Part shown: one piece after another, positions 19,174 through 30,154 of the stretch
Numbering within the stretch: position 1 is the first letter of the stretch
How the letters are laid out: each line of letters opens with the position of its first letter
Assembly: GCA_965261085.1 (NCBI GenBank)
Contig: OZ253442.1
Location: 2,848,001-2,912,000 of the forward strand
Origin: a bacterium
GTDB lineage: Bacteria > UBA8248
Length of the DNA stretch: 64,000 bases
Direction of reading: 5' to 3'
Program-made: the position numbers and the translations under genes
Notes under the pieces: generated by a model
Told to the model about the DNA's origin: nothing
The model's input: only the letters and a program-made list of their open reading frames with translations
Databases searched by the model: none

Positions 19174-22158
19174 TCAAGACGTCTCTACCGACCCTTCATC
19201 TGGAATTTCACTCACTAAGACTTGTCTTCTCTTCACCCCATCCGCCGGGCCGATGATCCCCTCTTGCTCCATACGTTCAATCATGCGCGCCGCCCTATTA
19301 TACCCAATCCTCAAATGTCTCTGAATAAGAGAAATAGATGCTTCACGTGTCCTAGATACGAGTGCAATCGCATCATCATACCTCTCATCATATTCTTCAT
19401 CGCTATTTGATTCATTTTGAGATGTACTCTCATCTTCTACGAACCAATCCTCCCTGAATATTGCTTCTCCTTGGGATTTCCAGTGTGCAACTAATTGAGA
19501 AATCTCACTATCTGAAACATACGCCCCATGAATACGAACCGGAATACTAGACCCGGGCGGCACGAAGAGCATATCCCCTTTCCCCAATAAGCGTTCCGCC
19601 CCATTCGAATCCAAGATCGTTCGTGAGTCTGTACGCGTAGCGACTCGTAGAGCCATTCTGGACGGGAAATTCGCTTTGATGAGACCCGTGAGAACATCCA
19701 CAGAAGGACGTTGGGTCGCTACTAGCAAATGGATTCCAGAAGCGCGAGCCATCTGGGCCAAGCGCGTCATCGATTCTTCCACCTCACGTGGCGCGACCAT
19801 CATCAGATCCGCCAATTCATCAATCACCACAACGATATAAGGAAGAAAACCAAGGGAGGAATCGTTTTCGGACAGAGGTTCCTTACACCTTCTATTCGCC
19901 TCTCTCTCACCCAATTGCTGCACTACGGAGTCATTGTAGCTCTGGATGTTCCTCACCCCTGCCTCACTCATTATCTTATAGCGTCGTTCCATCTCCGCCA
20001 GAACACCCCTTAGGCCTGCCGAGGCTTTCTTGGGATCTGTCACCACAGGCACGAGTTGATGAGGGATGCCTTCATATATCGACAACTCCAGCATTTTGGG
20101 GTCGACCATCAAAAAACGAACCTCTCTTGGCGTACACCTAGTCAAAAGACTACAAATCATCATGTTCAGAGCAACGCTTTTCCCTGCGCCGGTCGTACCC
20201 GCAATTAATAGATGTGGAATTTTAGCCAAATCGGTAAACGCCGTTCTTCCTAAAATGTCTTTACCCAAGCCCATCGTGAGTTTATCTTCGGCCTGTCTGA
20301 ATTCCCTTGAGGAGAGCACTTCCTTCGCAAATACGGCGTCACGCTTGATGTTGGGAACCTCGATGCCTACAACCGATTTTCCAGGTATCGGGGCGACGAT
20401 GCGGACACTCAACGCGGACAAGGCCCGGGCGAGATCATCTGCAAGACCGGCTATTTTAGAAACCTTGATTCCCGGCGCAGGGTCATACTCGAAACTCGTA
20501 ATGACCGGACCTGTTTTTACCTCCCTGACTTTTCCGACGACGCCGAATTCTTTCAGCGTTTGTTCAAGGAGCAAGGATTTTTCGCGTATGTCCGCTTCGT
20601 CCACGATCAGTCCGCCGGAGGACGGTTCCGCAAAAATATCCAACGAGGGAAGAACGTACTCTCTCTTCGTTTCGGAGCTTCGTTGCTCCTTCCGCCGATT
20701 TTCCGTCTGCGCATTGGAGCGGACCAGAGAATGGTCCTGAATTTGGACGGCATCCGACTCACCGACAGTTCCGGCGTATCGGACTTTTACATCCGCTTGC
20801 GATTCTCCGCTTTCTGGTGAGTCTTCAACATTAGTTGAAGGTACATCGGGAAGCGCTTCAGGTAATTCCCCGCAATCGAGTACCTCTCCCAACGTTGCGG
20901 GCGATATGTCGCTATCGCCGTCAAGATTTTTTCTCCGCTTAATCCGCAGACCGCCGGTCACTGATTTTCTCTCAGCTTTCACCTGTTTTACTTCATCATC
21001 GATTTCCTCACCTGCCTTTGGCGGCTGCTCGTCCGTCACATTCGGAAGCAAGCCATTACGCGCTCCATCGCCAGCCGCTGGGAGGAAATCATCATCACTG
21101 TGGAGAAGTGTTTCCGCTAGCGAACCGGGCATTGTTTCATGAAAAAAACTCTTCGTATTTTCAGTGAGTTCCAATTCCTCCTCGCTGGCCGCCGGGCCGC
21201 GTAGCGCAGGCAACTCCAACTCTGGAAATTTCTCTCCTCCAAACAGCGAAGGGCCATTTTGCGGCGATAATCGAAAAACACGCCTGCCATTTTTTTGATT
21301 TGACGAGTAAGGCCTATTCGGTTCCAAAATCAATTCGCCCATATCTTTTTTCGAAGGGTTTAGCCGCGGTTCCTTGCCATCTGAGCTATCCTGCTCGAAA
21401 TATCTCGTCTCTGCGCCCTCACCATCGGCTATCGGCTCGGCATATCCGGCATATGATTCATTGGCATGTAGAGATGCAGGGAAACCTAAGACTGCAGAAA
21501 ACAGTTTTCGGGTCGCGAATACAGCACCCACGGCCGTTGCGAGCACCACCCTTTTGAAAACCGTAAAAATGCGCGATAAAAACCACCAATGCGCAATCGC
21601 CAATCCTGAAATCATTTTTTTGAAGGAAAAACCAGTCATGCCGACAAACGAGGCCAGAAATACGGAACCAAGCAAAACCCAACTGCCCGCACTGCCTAAA
21701 TAGGCGTCCAACAACATCACGACACTATAGCCGACAATTCCACCGGCTAACGTCGTCGCTCCAAAAAGAGGATCAACTTCAAATGCCTTGAAAAATAACC
21801 CCGAGGCGCTCAAAAGAAAGAACAAACCAACCAGTTCACGCCAGCCCGGCCGCCATGATCGCAAACCTGCAAATGCGGTTACCCCCCAAACAATGAATCC
21901 GATGGGCATAAAAATAGAGAATGCGCCGACCACTTGGACCATTACGCCGGTGACATATGCGCCTACGGCTCCCCCATAATTATGAATCCGCCATTTTTGA
22001 TTGACATGTGAACCCCAAGACGGATCGCCAGAATCAAAAGTCCACAGCGATATCGCCAGAAAAACCGCGAAACCAACCAAGGACAAACCTACGATCTCAT
22101 TGGTTCTTTGGGAAAACGGGGATGGCTTGGCCTGGATACCCGAGCGACGAGTAGGCAT
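19174..22158 (-). CDS. ftsK: DNA translocase FtsK
   Basis: N-terminal 4TM domain (D.GDPSW, NYGG.VGA), long linker, PHLLIAGTTGAGKS, DPKMLEL, VIDELADLM, ATQRPS, gamma domain QR.LRIGYNRAAR. Start uncertain (ORF open to 22257). Confidence 0.95.
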   Translation of the reverse strand: MPTRRSGIQAKPSPFSQRTNEIVGLSLVGFAVFLAISLWTFDSGDPSWGSHVNQKWRIHNYGGAVGAYVTGVMVQVVGAFSIFMPIGFIVWGVTAFAGLRSWRPGWRELVGLFFLLSASGLFFKAFEVDPLFGATTLAGGIVGYSVVMLLDAYLGSAGSWVLLGSVFLASFVGMTGFSFKKMISGLAIAHWWFLSRIFTVFKRVVLATAVGAVFATRKLFSAVLGFPASLHANESYAGYAEPIADGEGAETRYFEQDSSDGKEPRLNPSKKDMGELILEPNRPYSSNQKNGRRVFRLSPQNGPSLFGGEKFPELELPALRGPAASEEELELTENTKSFFHETMPGSLAETLLHSDDDFLPAAGDGARNGLLPNVTDEQPPKAGEEIDDEVKQVKAERKSVTGGLRIKRRKNLDGDSDISPATLGEVLDCGELPEALPDVPSTNVEDSPESGESQADVKVRYAGTVGESDAVQIQDHSLVRSNAQTENRRKEQRSSETKREYVLPSLDIFAEPSSGGLIVDEADIREKSLLLEQTLKEFGVVGKVREVKTGPVITSFEYDPAPGIKVSKIAGLADDLARALSALSVRIVAPIPGKSVVGIEVPNIKRDAVFAKEVLSSREFRQAEDKLTMGLGKDILGRTAFTDLAKIPHLLIAGTTGAGKSVALNMMICSLLTRCTPREVRFLMVDPKMLELSIYEGIPHQLVPVVTDPKKASAGLRGVLAEMERRYKIMSEAGVRNIQSYNDSVVQQLGEREANRRCKEPLSENDSSLGFLPYIVVVIDELADLMMVAPREVEESMTRLAQMARASGIHLLVATQRPSVDVLTGLIKANFPSRMALRVATRTDSRTILDSNGAERLLGKGDMLFVPPGSSIPVRIHGAYVSDSEISQLVAHWKSQGEAIFREDWFVEDESTSQNESNSDEEYDERYDDAIALVSRTREASISLIQRHLRIGYNRAARMIERMEQEGIIGPADGVKRRQVLVSEIPDEGSVETS

Positions 22159-22292
22159 ACATGGAATCCTATGATCCCACCCACACATAGAATGGGATAT
22201 GCGTCCTCGGGCAGAGGAAAACCTCGAAACGTTATCAAATTTAAGTGGGAAATGCAAGAAAAGTCTTAAGTTAATGAGTCGAGGTGCAGAAA

Positions 22293-23180
22293 TTAGTAAC
22301 CGAATTCTTTGTCTATCACATTTTTCAGCGGAAGTCCGTTGATGCGATTTTCATAATTTTCGACAAAAATACGACATACCCTTGGGATATAGTCTCGAAT
22401 CAAGCCTGCAATGTGAGGAGTGGTATTGATGTTTTTCGCCTGTCATAACCGACTGTCATCAGGCAAAGGTTATTGCGAAAAAACATCCAACGCAGCCCCT
22501 GCCAAATGACCGTTGCTTAATGCGCGAATCAAATCGTCCTCGACTATAACCTCACCCCGCGCCACGTTGACAAAATAAGCGCCTGGCTTCATAGCAGCTA
22601 TTACATTCTCATCTATCAAGTATTTCGTTTCTGCGGTATATGGGATGGTGACAACAATGTAATCAGCATATCGAAGAGCATCCTTCAGTCTATCTATAGT
22701 GAAGTGGGAATCCAAATCAACAACACTTACCTTGTTTGAACGGCTCACACCCAGCACACGCATTCCAGAGCGTTTGGACCGGCGCTTTACTTCGACCCCA
22801 ATTGCCCCCATCCCAATTTGACATAGCGTTTTTCCCTCCAAATCTCGCCAGCCCCATTGCTTCCATCTTTTTTCCCTTTGATTGACAATCATATGATTCA
22901 AACCCATCGACAAAGCGGTCATCATCATCATGACATAGCTGGCAATGGGATTAGCGTAGATACCATTTGTATCCACTTGAGTGTATGCCAACGCTCCAAA
23001 AACGCATTGTCCATCTTCCAGCTAAGGACAGTATCAAATGGCGATAAATCCGAAGGCGCACATTCCATACCACCGCACCCAACAACGAAAATACATGGTA
23101 CTTGCCGATTCAATTCTTCAGTGTATTTCTGATGGTAGGGACTTACTATCAGGACACCCTGTGTAAAAGGGAGGTTCTCC
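22293..23180 (-). pseudogene. Decayed D-2-hydroxyacid dehydrogenase
   Basis: The N-terminal part (..LKWIQ) is in one frame and the remainder (IGMGAIG, NVARG, AALDVF) in another. Reading past 22470 gives *PLPDDSRL*QAKNINTTPHIAG...NVIDKEFGY*, i.e. two in-frame stops where EPL and W are expected. Confidence 0.85.
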
Positions 23181-23189
23181 TCATCTAGA

Positions 23190-26100
23190 TTACTTGACGC
23201 CAAACAAACCACGGAGTCCTTTTTGTAAAGTTTTTTCGAGTTTTTTCCCTAACTGCTCAAGTTGGTTTCCTTTTCCATCAGGTTCTTTCCTAGTACCTTC
23301 GACAGGTGGCGCTCCACTGCTCTTCGGCGCCGGCACTATTTTTTGCACCCCCTCAATGGCGGTGCCGAGAATACCTGTTACGATATCCTTCAAATTGCCT
23401 CCCAAGTTCTGCGCCTGCTCAAACAAGCCTACAAACATCGGTTCCACAATAGCATCCAGAAAATGAAACTCAGGGTCATCCAAACGCCCCGTTACACGAA
23501 GGTTCAGTGAAATGGTATCGTCCGGTCTCTCGAAAAGACGGAACACTGACGCCCGGAGCAATTTCATCACAAGATCGGCCAGAGGAAACGTCTCGTCCGG
23601 CTCCAAGCGCAATCCGGCGATCTTCGCCTTCCCCTCCAATTCCAACTGGCTCTTTCTCAATGAATAAGTGGATTTGAAATCCAGCATACCCTTTTTGATC
23701 TCGGTTCCTCGCATTAACAAAGCGCTTGCACTCTCTCCCTGGATATCGCGGACATAAGGAGATATTTTGCGCAGGTCAAAACGCGAGAGATTGAAAAACC
23801 CATCTACATCCGGAGGCGCCAAGCCGGGGTTCAAGTTCGCCTTTGCCAGGAGCGAGGGAGATTCTCCGAGCGTCCTGAACTCCAAGCGCGTTTCCCGTAG
23901 GTTTGGAGCCATAAGCGTATCTAAATTCGTTATCGAAAGCCTGGCGTCCGGAACCTTCAAAACAACCGGAGGTTTATTTGCCGCAATAAAATCTTGAAAA
24001 TGAAATCCCAATCTAGCCACTTCGAATTTCGCGATTTTGATCGCCGGGAAAAGATGTCCATTATCCTTTTTTCCGGCCATTCGAGGTTTCCTGGATGTTG
24101 TCCTTGTATCTGTCGGCGCCGTTTTATCTCGGCTTCTCATTCGCCAGGTCTGTTTCTCCTCTGCCTTCGCCGCCTTGAACAAAGATCCAAAATTCGTTTT
24201 TCCCTTTTCATGACGCACATATCGAACGTTCAACTTATTAATCCGAACGCTCGGCGAGCGTATCTCTCCCCGCAAGATTGACGAGCGATTCAGCGATGCG
24301 CTTAAATCTCGAAGAATAACGTCAGGCTCTGAATTCGGTTTGCTAAAATTGATTGTCTTCAGCGTCGGAATCCTAATGTTAATCGCATCGTCATCCCCTT
24401 GCCCCAAAACACTTCCCGTTAAATTCAAATTCGGGTAAGCAACATGAGCGAGCGCTGACAGATTCGCCGCGAACGACCATTTGGTGGAAATCGAATGCGT
24501 TTTCTTTCTGCTTCTCGAAATTTCCACCAAACCATCGGCGCCGCCAGCCACTAAGAACTTCGATGCCGGGTCTCCCAAAATACTTCTAGCCAATCGAGCC
24601 GCATCTTCAAGACTCGATACCGTCCATTGGAATCTGATCGAATCCATTCCGTTCACATTCCAATCAACAGACCTCGGTATTAGAATATGCCCAAATGCCA
24701 TGTTTAGCTTCAGACTTCGCAACCTTCCAGATTGATTTTGCAAGTCATACGAACCCACGGTTTCAATGCGGAACTTGCCCGTACGCATCGGCCTCCATTT
24801 TTGACTCATCAGAGCAAGGAATTCTCCGCCCAAATCTTCACTCGTGAGATTGAGAACCCAGCCTATCTTTTTCCCCGGCATGTATAGGAACTCTATTTTC
24901 CCGGCGATCTCTCCGGCTAAATTACGAAAAGCAGGAGAAATATTCAGAAATTTCACCCAAGGAGATATATGCACAGGATCAAAGACCGCAGACCCCTTAT
25001 AAGTAAAACCAAGTTCATCTCTTCTATTTCTCGTCCCGGAGAGTAAAATTTTTAGTTTTTTCTTCTTTGGTCCCCACTTAATAGAATGCTCCATCAATCT
25101 ACCTAGCCAGACTTCGGCAACACTCAAGTCCATTACCTCAAGCGTCAACGAAAATTCATCCTTACCTATTTGATTCCATAAAGCCGTGCGATTCAGATAT
25201 GCCCTCGCAAAAGGAAGCCTCAAGTTTAATGTTTGTATTTCCGAAGAACCTTTCGAGGCGAGATAGAAACCGTTCGATTGAAGTCCCATAGATTCCAAGG
25301 AAATTTCACGCCACTTTTCATTTGAAATGGCCTTGACCCCTAGATTGACTTTCTTTCCCGCAATATCCGCATTCCACCTAACAACCCCATTCGGGGCTGA
25401 AGACACCTGCAATTTGCCGCTTACCCGGCCAGTGACTGTTTGCACATAACCAGGCAAGGGGAGCAAATCCACAATTGGCGCAATCGGCAAAGAGTCGAAA
25501 TGCGCTTTCGTATCTATCCTGAAGGCCGGGGAGGTTTTCCGGTTTCGCGACACTGTGGCATTAAAAAGGATTTTCGCATTCATGGAAACGTCTCCGTGCG
25601 ATACGAACCCGAGCCGCTCCAGCAAATCAGTTGCAGAAGAAAAATCATTCACATCAAGAGAAAATGCGGCTTCATCATTGCCATTTACATTCCATTTCGC
25701 GGGCCTTTCGAGTTTCGCCGTGGCAAATGGCAACTTGATTTTCAGGGCGTTTATACGCGCGGATTCATTCTTCATGTCGAAGTTTCCTCTCGAATGAAGA
25801 ATAGCTCTCCCTAATTCGAGGACTTCCCATCGTTTTTTCTGCTCCATCCTCACGCTCGCGCCAAAATCTTGGGCTTCCAGAGCCACATCCCACTCCACTC
25901 GATCGCCGGAAATAAAAACCACGCGCGCTTTTCCACTTACGTTTCCTTTGATTTTCGAAAGATTATCAACGGGAGGAATGAACGCGCTGAATCGAGCCAA
26001 GTCCACTGGATCGAAACGAGATTTGATTTCTACATGAACAAAATCATCTTGTATTTTGCGAATTCGTTTGGCCGATACAAGAATTTGGGCCGTCGCGCCC

Positions 26101-27347
26101 TCTTTTAGCTCTGGAAGAGGAATATCTGTGATTCGAGAAACCCAGCTACCCATCTCACCCATATCGCGGATATTCGCTTCCACATGCACTTCATCTTTCG
26201 CCGAGGCATTCCAGAATATAGGTTTGGTCAATTTTGCATTCAGAAAAGGGGTTTCGACGAAGAAGGTTTCTATGCGGGCGGAACTTTCGAGAAGATCGAA
26301 TTGGCCTTTCGTCTTCAGTTTCAAGCCAGGTAATATCAATCTCTGCCATACTGCCTTTCTATTCATTTGAAAATCCGCGTGAATGGTTTGTCCATTCAAA
26401 TCAAGATCCCAAGTAACCGGTTTTCCAGCCACATAACTAAATCCCAATTTACCCGCGAAAATTCCTTTCCTTAAACGATAACCTCCCACTATCGGTGCTA
26501 CTGTAGCCAGGACAGATGAATCAAACAGAGGTATTGCGAACGATGCACGATAGTTCCGCCCTTTCGTATTGATGTGCGCATCACCCATTAGCTGGATGAG
26601 TTGTTGCCCACCAGAGTTCTGACATTTCCCATCGAGAAAAACATCCAATGGCTCATCCGACTTTATTTCGTCGACTTCAATGTGAGCAAAAGAACATAAG
26701 CTCTCGAAAGCCGGCGTGGTATCACTGGCATCAAATCGTAACTCGGTTTTTACGTTATGGAGGTCGAGCTCATGAATCGTGAGATTAAACCCTGATTCGA
26801 CGCTTTGCTTGCTGCTCTCTGCCGCTTCGGCGGCTCTTATGAATGGAAAAAGCATTCTGGTATTTTTTGCACCGGCCGAAGCCGTTTTTTTTGTCCATCG
26901 GTTCAAATTGTCGATGATGTCCTGGAAACTGAACCTGCCGTCTGCATCCCGATGCACGCGGGCGGAGGCGCTTTTGATTGTGAGTTGGAGAATGCTGATA
27001 CGCTTGTAAATCAGGGTCGATGGATTCAGCAGTATTTCAACATCGTCGAATCGAACAAAGGGTGTATTGCTCTGTGCCTCGCCTTTTTCTGTTTGCCCGT
27101 CGATGACGATTCCACTCGCCTCGATCTTGAATAGTCCCAGTTCCAGCCGCTTGATGGATACTTTACGGCCCAGGATTTTTTGCCCTTCTCTCTCCGCGAT
27201 TCTGATTATTTCATCGGGGGAAAGAAAAATTTGTACGGCGACGATCGCAACAATGATGAAAACGAAAAATATACCGGCAATCCAAACTAACCATCTCAGG
27301 AATCGATACATAGGGGACTCATATCGGAACACTGGAAAGCGGCTCAC
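23190..27347 (-). CDS. Large AsmA-like / DUF748 envelope protein with four internal ~172-aa repeats
   Basis: N-terminal TM anchor, then LGRKVSI..L.L and R.ADGRFSFQDI (AsmA/DUF748 N-terminus); beta-rich body; C-terminal V.GRLDDPEF plus amphipathic tail ending LRGLFG. Confidence 0.75.
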   Translation of the reverse strand: MSRFPVFRYESPMYRFLRWLVWIAGIFFVFIIVAIVAVQIFLSPDEIIRIAEREGQKILGRKVSIKRLELGLFKIEASGIVIDGQTEKGEAQSNTPFVRFDDVEILLNPSTLIYKRISILQLTIKSASARVHRDADGRFSFQDIIDNLNRWTKKTASAGAKNTRMLFPFIRAAEAAESSKQSVESGFNLTIHELDLHNVKTELRFDASDTTPAFESLCSFAHIEVDEIKSDEPLDVFLDGKCQNSGGQQLIQLMGDAHINTKGRNYRASFAIPLFDSSVLATVAPIVGGYRLRKGIFAGKLGFSYVAGKPVTWDLDLNGQTIHADFQMNRKAVWQRLILPGLKLKTKGQFDLLESSARIETFFVETPFLNAKLTKPIFWNASAKDEVHVEANIRDMGEMGSWVSRITDIPLPELKEGATAQILVSAKRIRKIQDDFVHVEIKSRFDPVDLARFSAFIPPVDNLSKIKGNVSGKARVVFISGDRVEWDVALEAQDFGASVRMEQKKRWEVLELGRAILHSRGNFDMKNESARINALKIKLPFATAKLERPAKWNVNGNDEAAFSLDVNDFSSATDLLERLGFVSHGDVSMNAKILFNATVSRNRKTSPAFRIDTKAHFDSLPIAPIVDLLPLPGYVQTVTGRVSGKLQVSSAPNGVVRWNADIAGKKVNLGVKAISNEKWREISLESMGLQSNGFYLASKGSSEIQTLNLRLPFARAYLNRTALWNQIGKDEFSLTLEVMDLSVAEVWLGRLMEHSIKWGPKKKKLKILLSGTRNRRDELGFTYKGSAVFDPVHISPWVKFLNISPAFRNLAGEIAGKIEFLYMPGKKIGWVLNLTSEDLGGEFLALMSQKWRPMRTGKFRIETVGSYDLQNQSGRLRSLKLNMAFGHILIPRSVDWNVNGMDSIRFQWTVSSLEDAARLARSILGDPASKFLVAGGADGLVEISRSRKKTHSISTKWSFAANLSALAHVAYPNLNLTGSVLGQGDDDAINIRIPTLKTINFSKPNSEPDVILRDLSASLNRSSILRGEIRSPSVRINKLNVRYVRHEKGKTNFGSLFKAAKAEEKQTWRMRSRDKTAPTDTRTTSRKPRMAGKKDNGHLFPAIKIAKFEVARLGFHFQDFIAANKPPVVLKVPDARLSITNLDTLMAPNLRETRLEFRTLGESPSLLAKANLNPGLAPPDVDGFFNLSRFDLRKISPYVRDIQGESASALLMRGTEIKKGMLDFKSTYSLRKSQLELEGKAKIAGLRLEPDETFPLADLVMKLLRASVFRLFERPDDTISLNLRVTGRLDDPEFHFLDAIVEPMFVGLFEQAQNLGGNLKDIVTGILGTAIEGVQKIVPAPKSSGAPPVEGTRKEPDGKGNQLEQLGKKLEKTLQKGLRGLFGVK

Positions 27348-27469
27348 GGATCATAAAATAACTCAGATTTCACACCACTACCTGATATTATATAGTAGCA
27401 AGATACAGAAATTTTTGCTTCTTCTGATGTTTGCTGCAGATTCATTCTCCATTCGAATAAAGTGCCTAT

Positions 27470-28765
27470 ATGAAGAAAAATCACGATCACCCTAATGTAA
27501 ATTCTAACCGTCTGAAACCAAATCAAGGCCGAGAAGTTTTCTCCTGGTGCATGTACGACTTCGCAAACTCCGCTTTTCCAACACTAATCGTTACAGTTGC
27601 GTATAGCGTCTATTTCAAGAAAATCGTAGCCGGCGGCGGTGGGAATGGAGACTTCCTATGGGGGTTATCACTCTCTATAGCCATGATTTTAAGCGTGACC
27701 ATCACTCTGCCTTTAAGCGCTATTGCCGACAGGCGAAGCGCCCGCAAACATTTCTTAATCCTTTACGCCTATATTTGCGTATTGGCCACCGCCCTGCTCG
27801 CAAATGTAACCACTGGCATGATCTTCGCCGGTATGGCCCTTTTCATAATCGCCACCGCTGCATTCGAAAGCTCTCTCATCTTTTACAACTCTTTTCTGCC
27901 CGACGTCTCTACACCGAAAACTGTCGGGAAAATTAGTGGCTGGGGCTGGGGACTTGGTTATGTCGGCGGATTGCTTTGTCTTTTTTTAGTCAAACCTTTG
28001 TTGGCTGGAGGGTTCTCGCCAGATAATCTTCCCTTGTTCCGAATGAGTTTCGTTGCGGTCGCCGGGTTTTATGGCCTGTTCACGCTTCCGTTAATTTTTT
28101 GGCTTCGCGAGACCAAAACCAAACCCATAAAGACTAATCAAAATGGCGCTTTCGCCGAATTATGGATAACACTGCAGGAAACGAGAAAAACTCCGGGCGC
28201 ACTCAGATTCTTGTTGGCCTTTTTCCTCTATAACGACGGGATTGTCACCGTCATCTCCTTCAGTTCGATCTATGCAGTCTCTACACTGAACTTCACCATG
28301 GGCGAAGTATTAAGCCTATTTATAACGGTGCAAGTCTCGGCCGGTGTCGGTGCGTTTGCATTTGGGTATCTGACAGACGCATGGGGACCACGAAAAACGA
28401 TTCTGCTAACCCTAGCGAATTGGTGCTTGGTCGTCATTGTGGCTTATTTCACCGACACGAAATATGTCTTCCTGGGTGTCTCACTGTTGGCGGGGCTTTC
28501 CCTTGGTTCCAGCCAATCAGCAAGCCGAGCTCTGATGGCAAGCTATATTCCTAAAAAAAGAGCTGCACAATCATTTTCGTTTTATGGTATTTGCGGCAAA
28601 ATGAGTTCGGTTCTCGGCCCACTTGTTTTCGGGGGCGTCTCTGCGATTACGGGAGAACAAAGGTCGGCGATCTTATCCATACTCGTTTTTTTTCTGGCAG
28701 GAGGCGTCTTGCTATGGCGAACAGTTGAACCCGGAAAATCAGACTCATCAAGTCAGAAGACATGA
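27470..28765 (+). CDS. MFS transporter, UMF1/Atg22-like family
   Basis: SWCMYDFANSAF, FYNSFLP, SGWGWGLGYVGG, AFFLYNDG, QSASRA. Confidence 0.9.
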   Translation: MKKNHDHPNVNSNRLKPNQGREVFSWCMYDFANSAFPTLIVTVAYSVYFKKIVAGGGGNGDFLWGLSLSIAMILSVTITLPLSAIADRRSARKHFLILYAYICVLATALLANVTTGMIFAGMALFIIATAAFESSLIFYNSFLPDVSTPKTVGKISGWGWGLGYVGGLLCLFLVKPLLAGGFSPDNLPLFRMSFVAVAGFYGLFTLPLIFWLRETKTKPIKTNQNGAFAELWITLQETRKTPGALRFLLAFFLYNDGIVTVISFSSIYAVSTLNFTMGEVLSLFITVQVSAGVGAFAFGYLTDAWGPRKTILLTLANWCLVVIVAYFTDTKYVFLGVSLLAGLSLGSSQSASRALMASYIPKKRAAQSFSFYGICGKMSSVLGPLVFGGVSAITGEQRSAILSILVFFLAGGVLLWRTVEPGKSDSSSQKT

Positions 28766-28838
28766 TACATTCGCTCGCTCTAAGCGAAAGTATCACTTGT
28801 TGATTCTACGCTTGTCATAGCCTTCTCGCGGAGTTGAC

Positions 28839-29204
28839 ATGGATTTTCGTGAACAGATTTACCAAAGACTAATGTTTCATCTTGGTGAAATTGATGTTTC
28901 GAGAGAAACCATTGACGCCTTCACGTCAGACATCGTTCACATTCTAGACAGGATTACGCAAGACAGAATATACGAGGCGAGTTTGCGCCAAATTCTTCAG
29001 CGTTACGCTGATGAGTGGGCGGAGCAATCTTCTCGTAGAATTCTAGACTCCCAAAATGATGAGGCAACGGAAATTGTCTACGAAATGATTGACCGCCAAG
29101 CCAGAAACCGCGCGATACGCGCACTCAGGAAAATTTTGCTCGACACGCTGCAAAATCAGAAAAAACCATTGGATGATCTAGATTTTTTTAATGAAATCGA
29201 ATAA
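28839..29204 (+). CDS. Hypothetical helical protein
   Basis: 121-aa ORF with GGAG RBS, co-oriented in an operon-like arrangement; no recognisable motif. Confidence 0.65.
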   Translation: MDFREQIYQRLMFHLGEIDVSRETIDAFTSDIVHILDRITQDRIYEASLRQILQRYADEWAEQSSRRILDSQNDEATEIVYEMIDRQARNRAIRALRKILLDTLQNQKKPLDDLDFFNEIE

Positions 29205-29225
29205 TTCTGAAGATAGAGGTTCACG

Positions 29226-29621
29226 ATGCCAGAAAAAAATTTAGCAGAAGAAATCGCAAAACGCAGAGGGCGTAGATACCCAGCCCATGAATTTATTGCC
29301 GAAAAATTTCCCGATTACATGGAAGCGCTTTTACATCTCGATGAGATCATTCGTGCGAAAGAAAGAAGATTCGATGAAGCTATGCATGAACTCTTTCATA
29401 TTATAGCCCTCGCCGTTGAGGGTTCGAACCCCCATAACCAACCACACCTTAAACAGCATCTGAAAAAAGGTCTCAAACTAGGTTTACACCCTGAGGAAAT
29501 CGCAGAGGCACTTATGGTCTGCGTAAATCCGGCGGGCTCCAAGGTGCTCACTTATGGCGTAACCTGCATGCTCGAAGCAATGGATGAACTCAAAGCCGAG
29601 GGTTGGACCTGTCCCGACTGA
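29226..29621 (+). CDS. Carboxymuconolactone decarboxylase/AhpD-like protein
   Basis: ELFHIIALA...HLKKGLKLG..PEEIAEAL..C..PAG pattern. Confidence 0.75.
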   Translation: MPEKNLAEEIAKRRGRRYPAHEFIAEKFPDYMEALLHLDEIIRAKERRFDEAMHELFHIIALAVEGSNPHNQPHLKQHLKKGLKLGLHPEEIAEALMVCVNPAGSKVLTYGVTCMLEAMDELKAEGWTCPD

Positions 29622-29655
29622 GAAAAGACTCGCCAAGACTTTACGCTAGCAGTAC

Positions 29656-29985
29656 TTACGCTTCTGCTCGAATCGCCTCCTCACGCAAAGGAGAATATAT
29701 TCCGATATACGTGATGGGTGTTGGCGCATCCAGCCGATGCGGCACTCCCTTGGGTATATGGACCACCTGACCTGCTTTGACTTTGCGCGTTTCACCAGCA
29801 ACTGTGAATGTAGCTTCGCCTTTCATGAGATATACGAGTTGCTCTACATCATGACTATGGTCCTGTTCCGTTCCTCCTTCTCTTTCGATATACAACATCA
29901 TGACTTTCTCACCGACAACGAGTCTGCGCTCTCTTCCCGGCATCTTTTGCGGTTCAATTTCCGCCAGATCGTAAAAATACTGCAT
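29656..29985 (-). CDS. Cupin domain protein
   Basis: HSHDVEQ..Y..KG and IPKGVPH cupin motifs, SPLRE; ATG 29985 with AGGAG. Confidence 0.85.
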   Translation of the reverse strand: MQYFYDLAEIEPQKMPGRERRLVVGEKVMMLYIEREGGTEQDHSHDVEQLVYLMKGEATFTVAGETRKVKAGQVVHIPKGVPHRLDAPTPITYIGIYSPLREEAIRAEA

Positions 29986-30154
29986 CTGTCTGCTCCTTTT
30001 GGTTTTCGTTTCAAATTGATTTTCCGATTGTTGACTTTTCAAGTATCGATCGCAAGGTCATCACAAGATCTGTCTTGCAATCACACACCCATGATCCCTA
30101 GAATCCTCCCCTATTGTGTCCAACCATCCATAGTTTGATAAGGATAAACTCTTG

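Noticed and set aside
22440-22472. Stop-codon recoding (selenocysteine or alternative code) in the dehydrogenase
   Set aside because: Both TAA and TGA occur, together with a frameshift, and other genes end normally at TGA, so decay is the simpler explanation.
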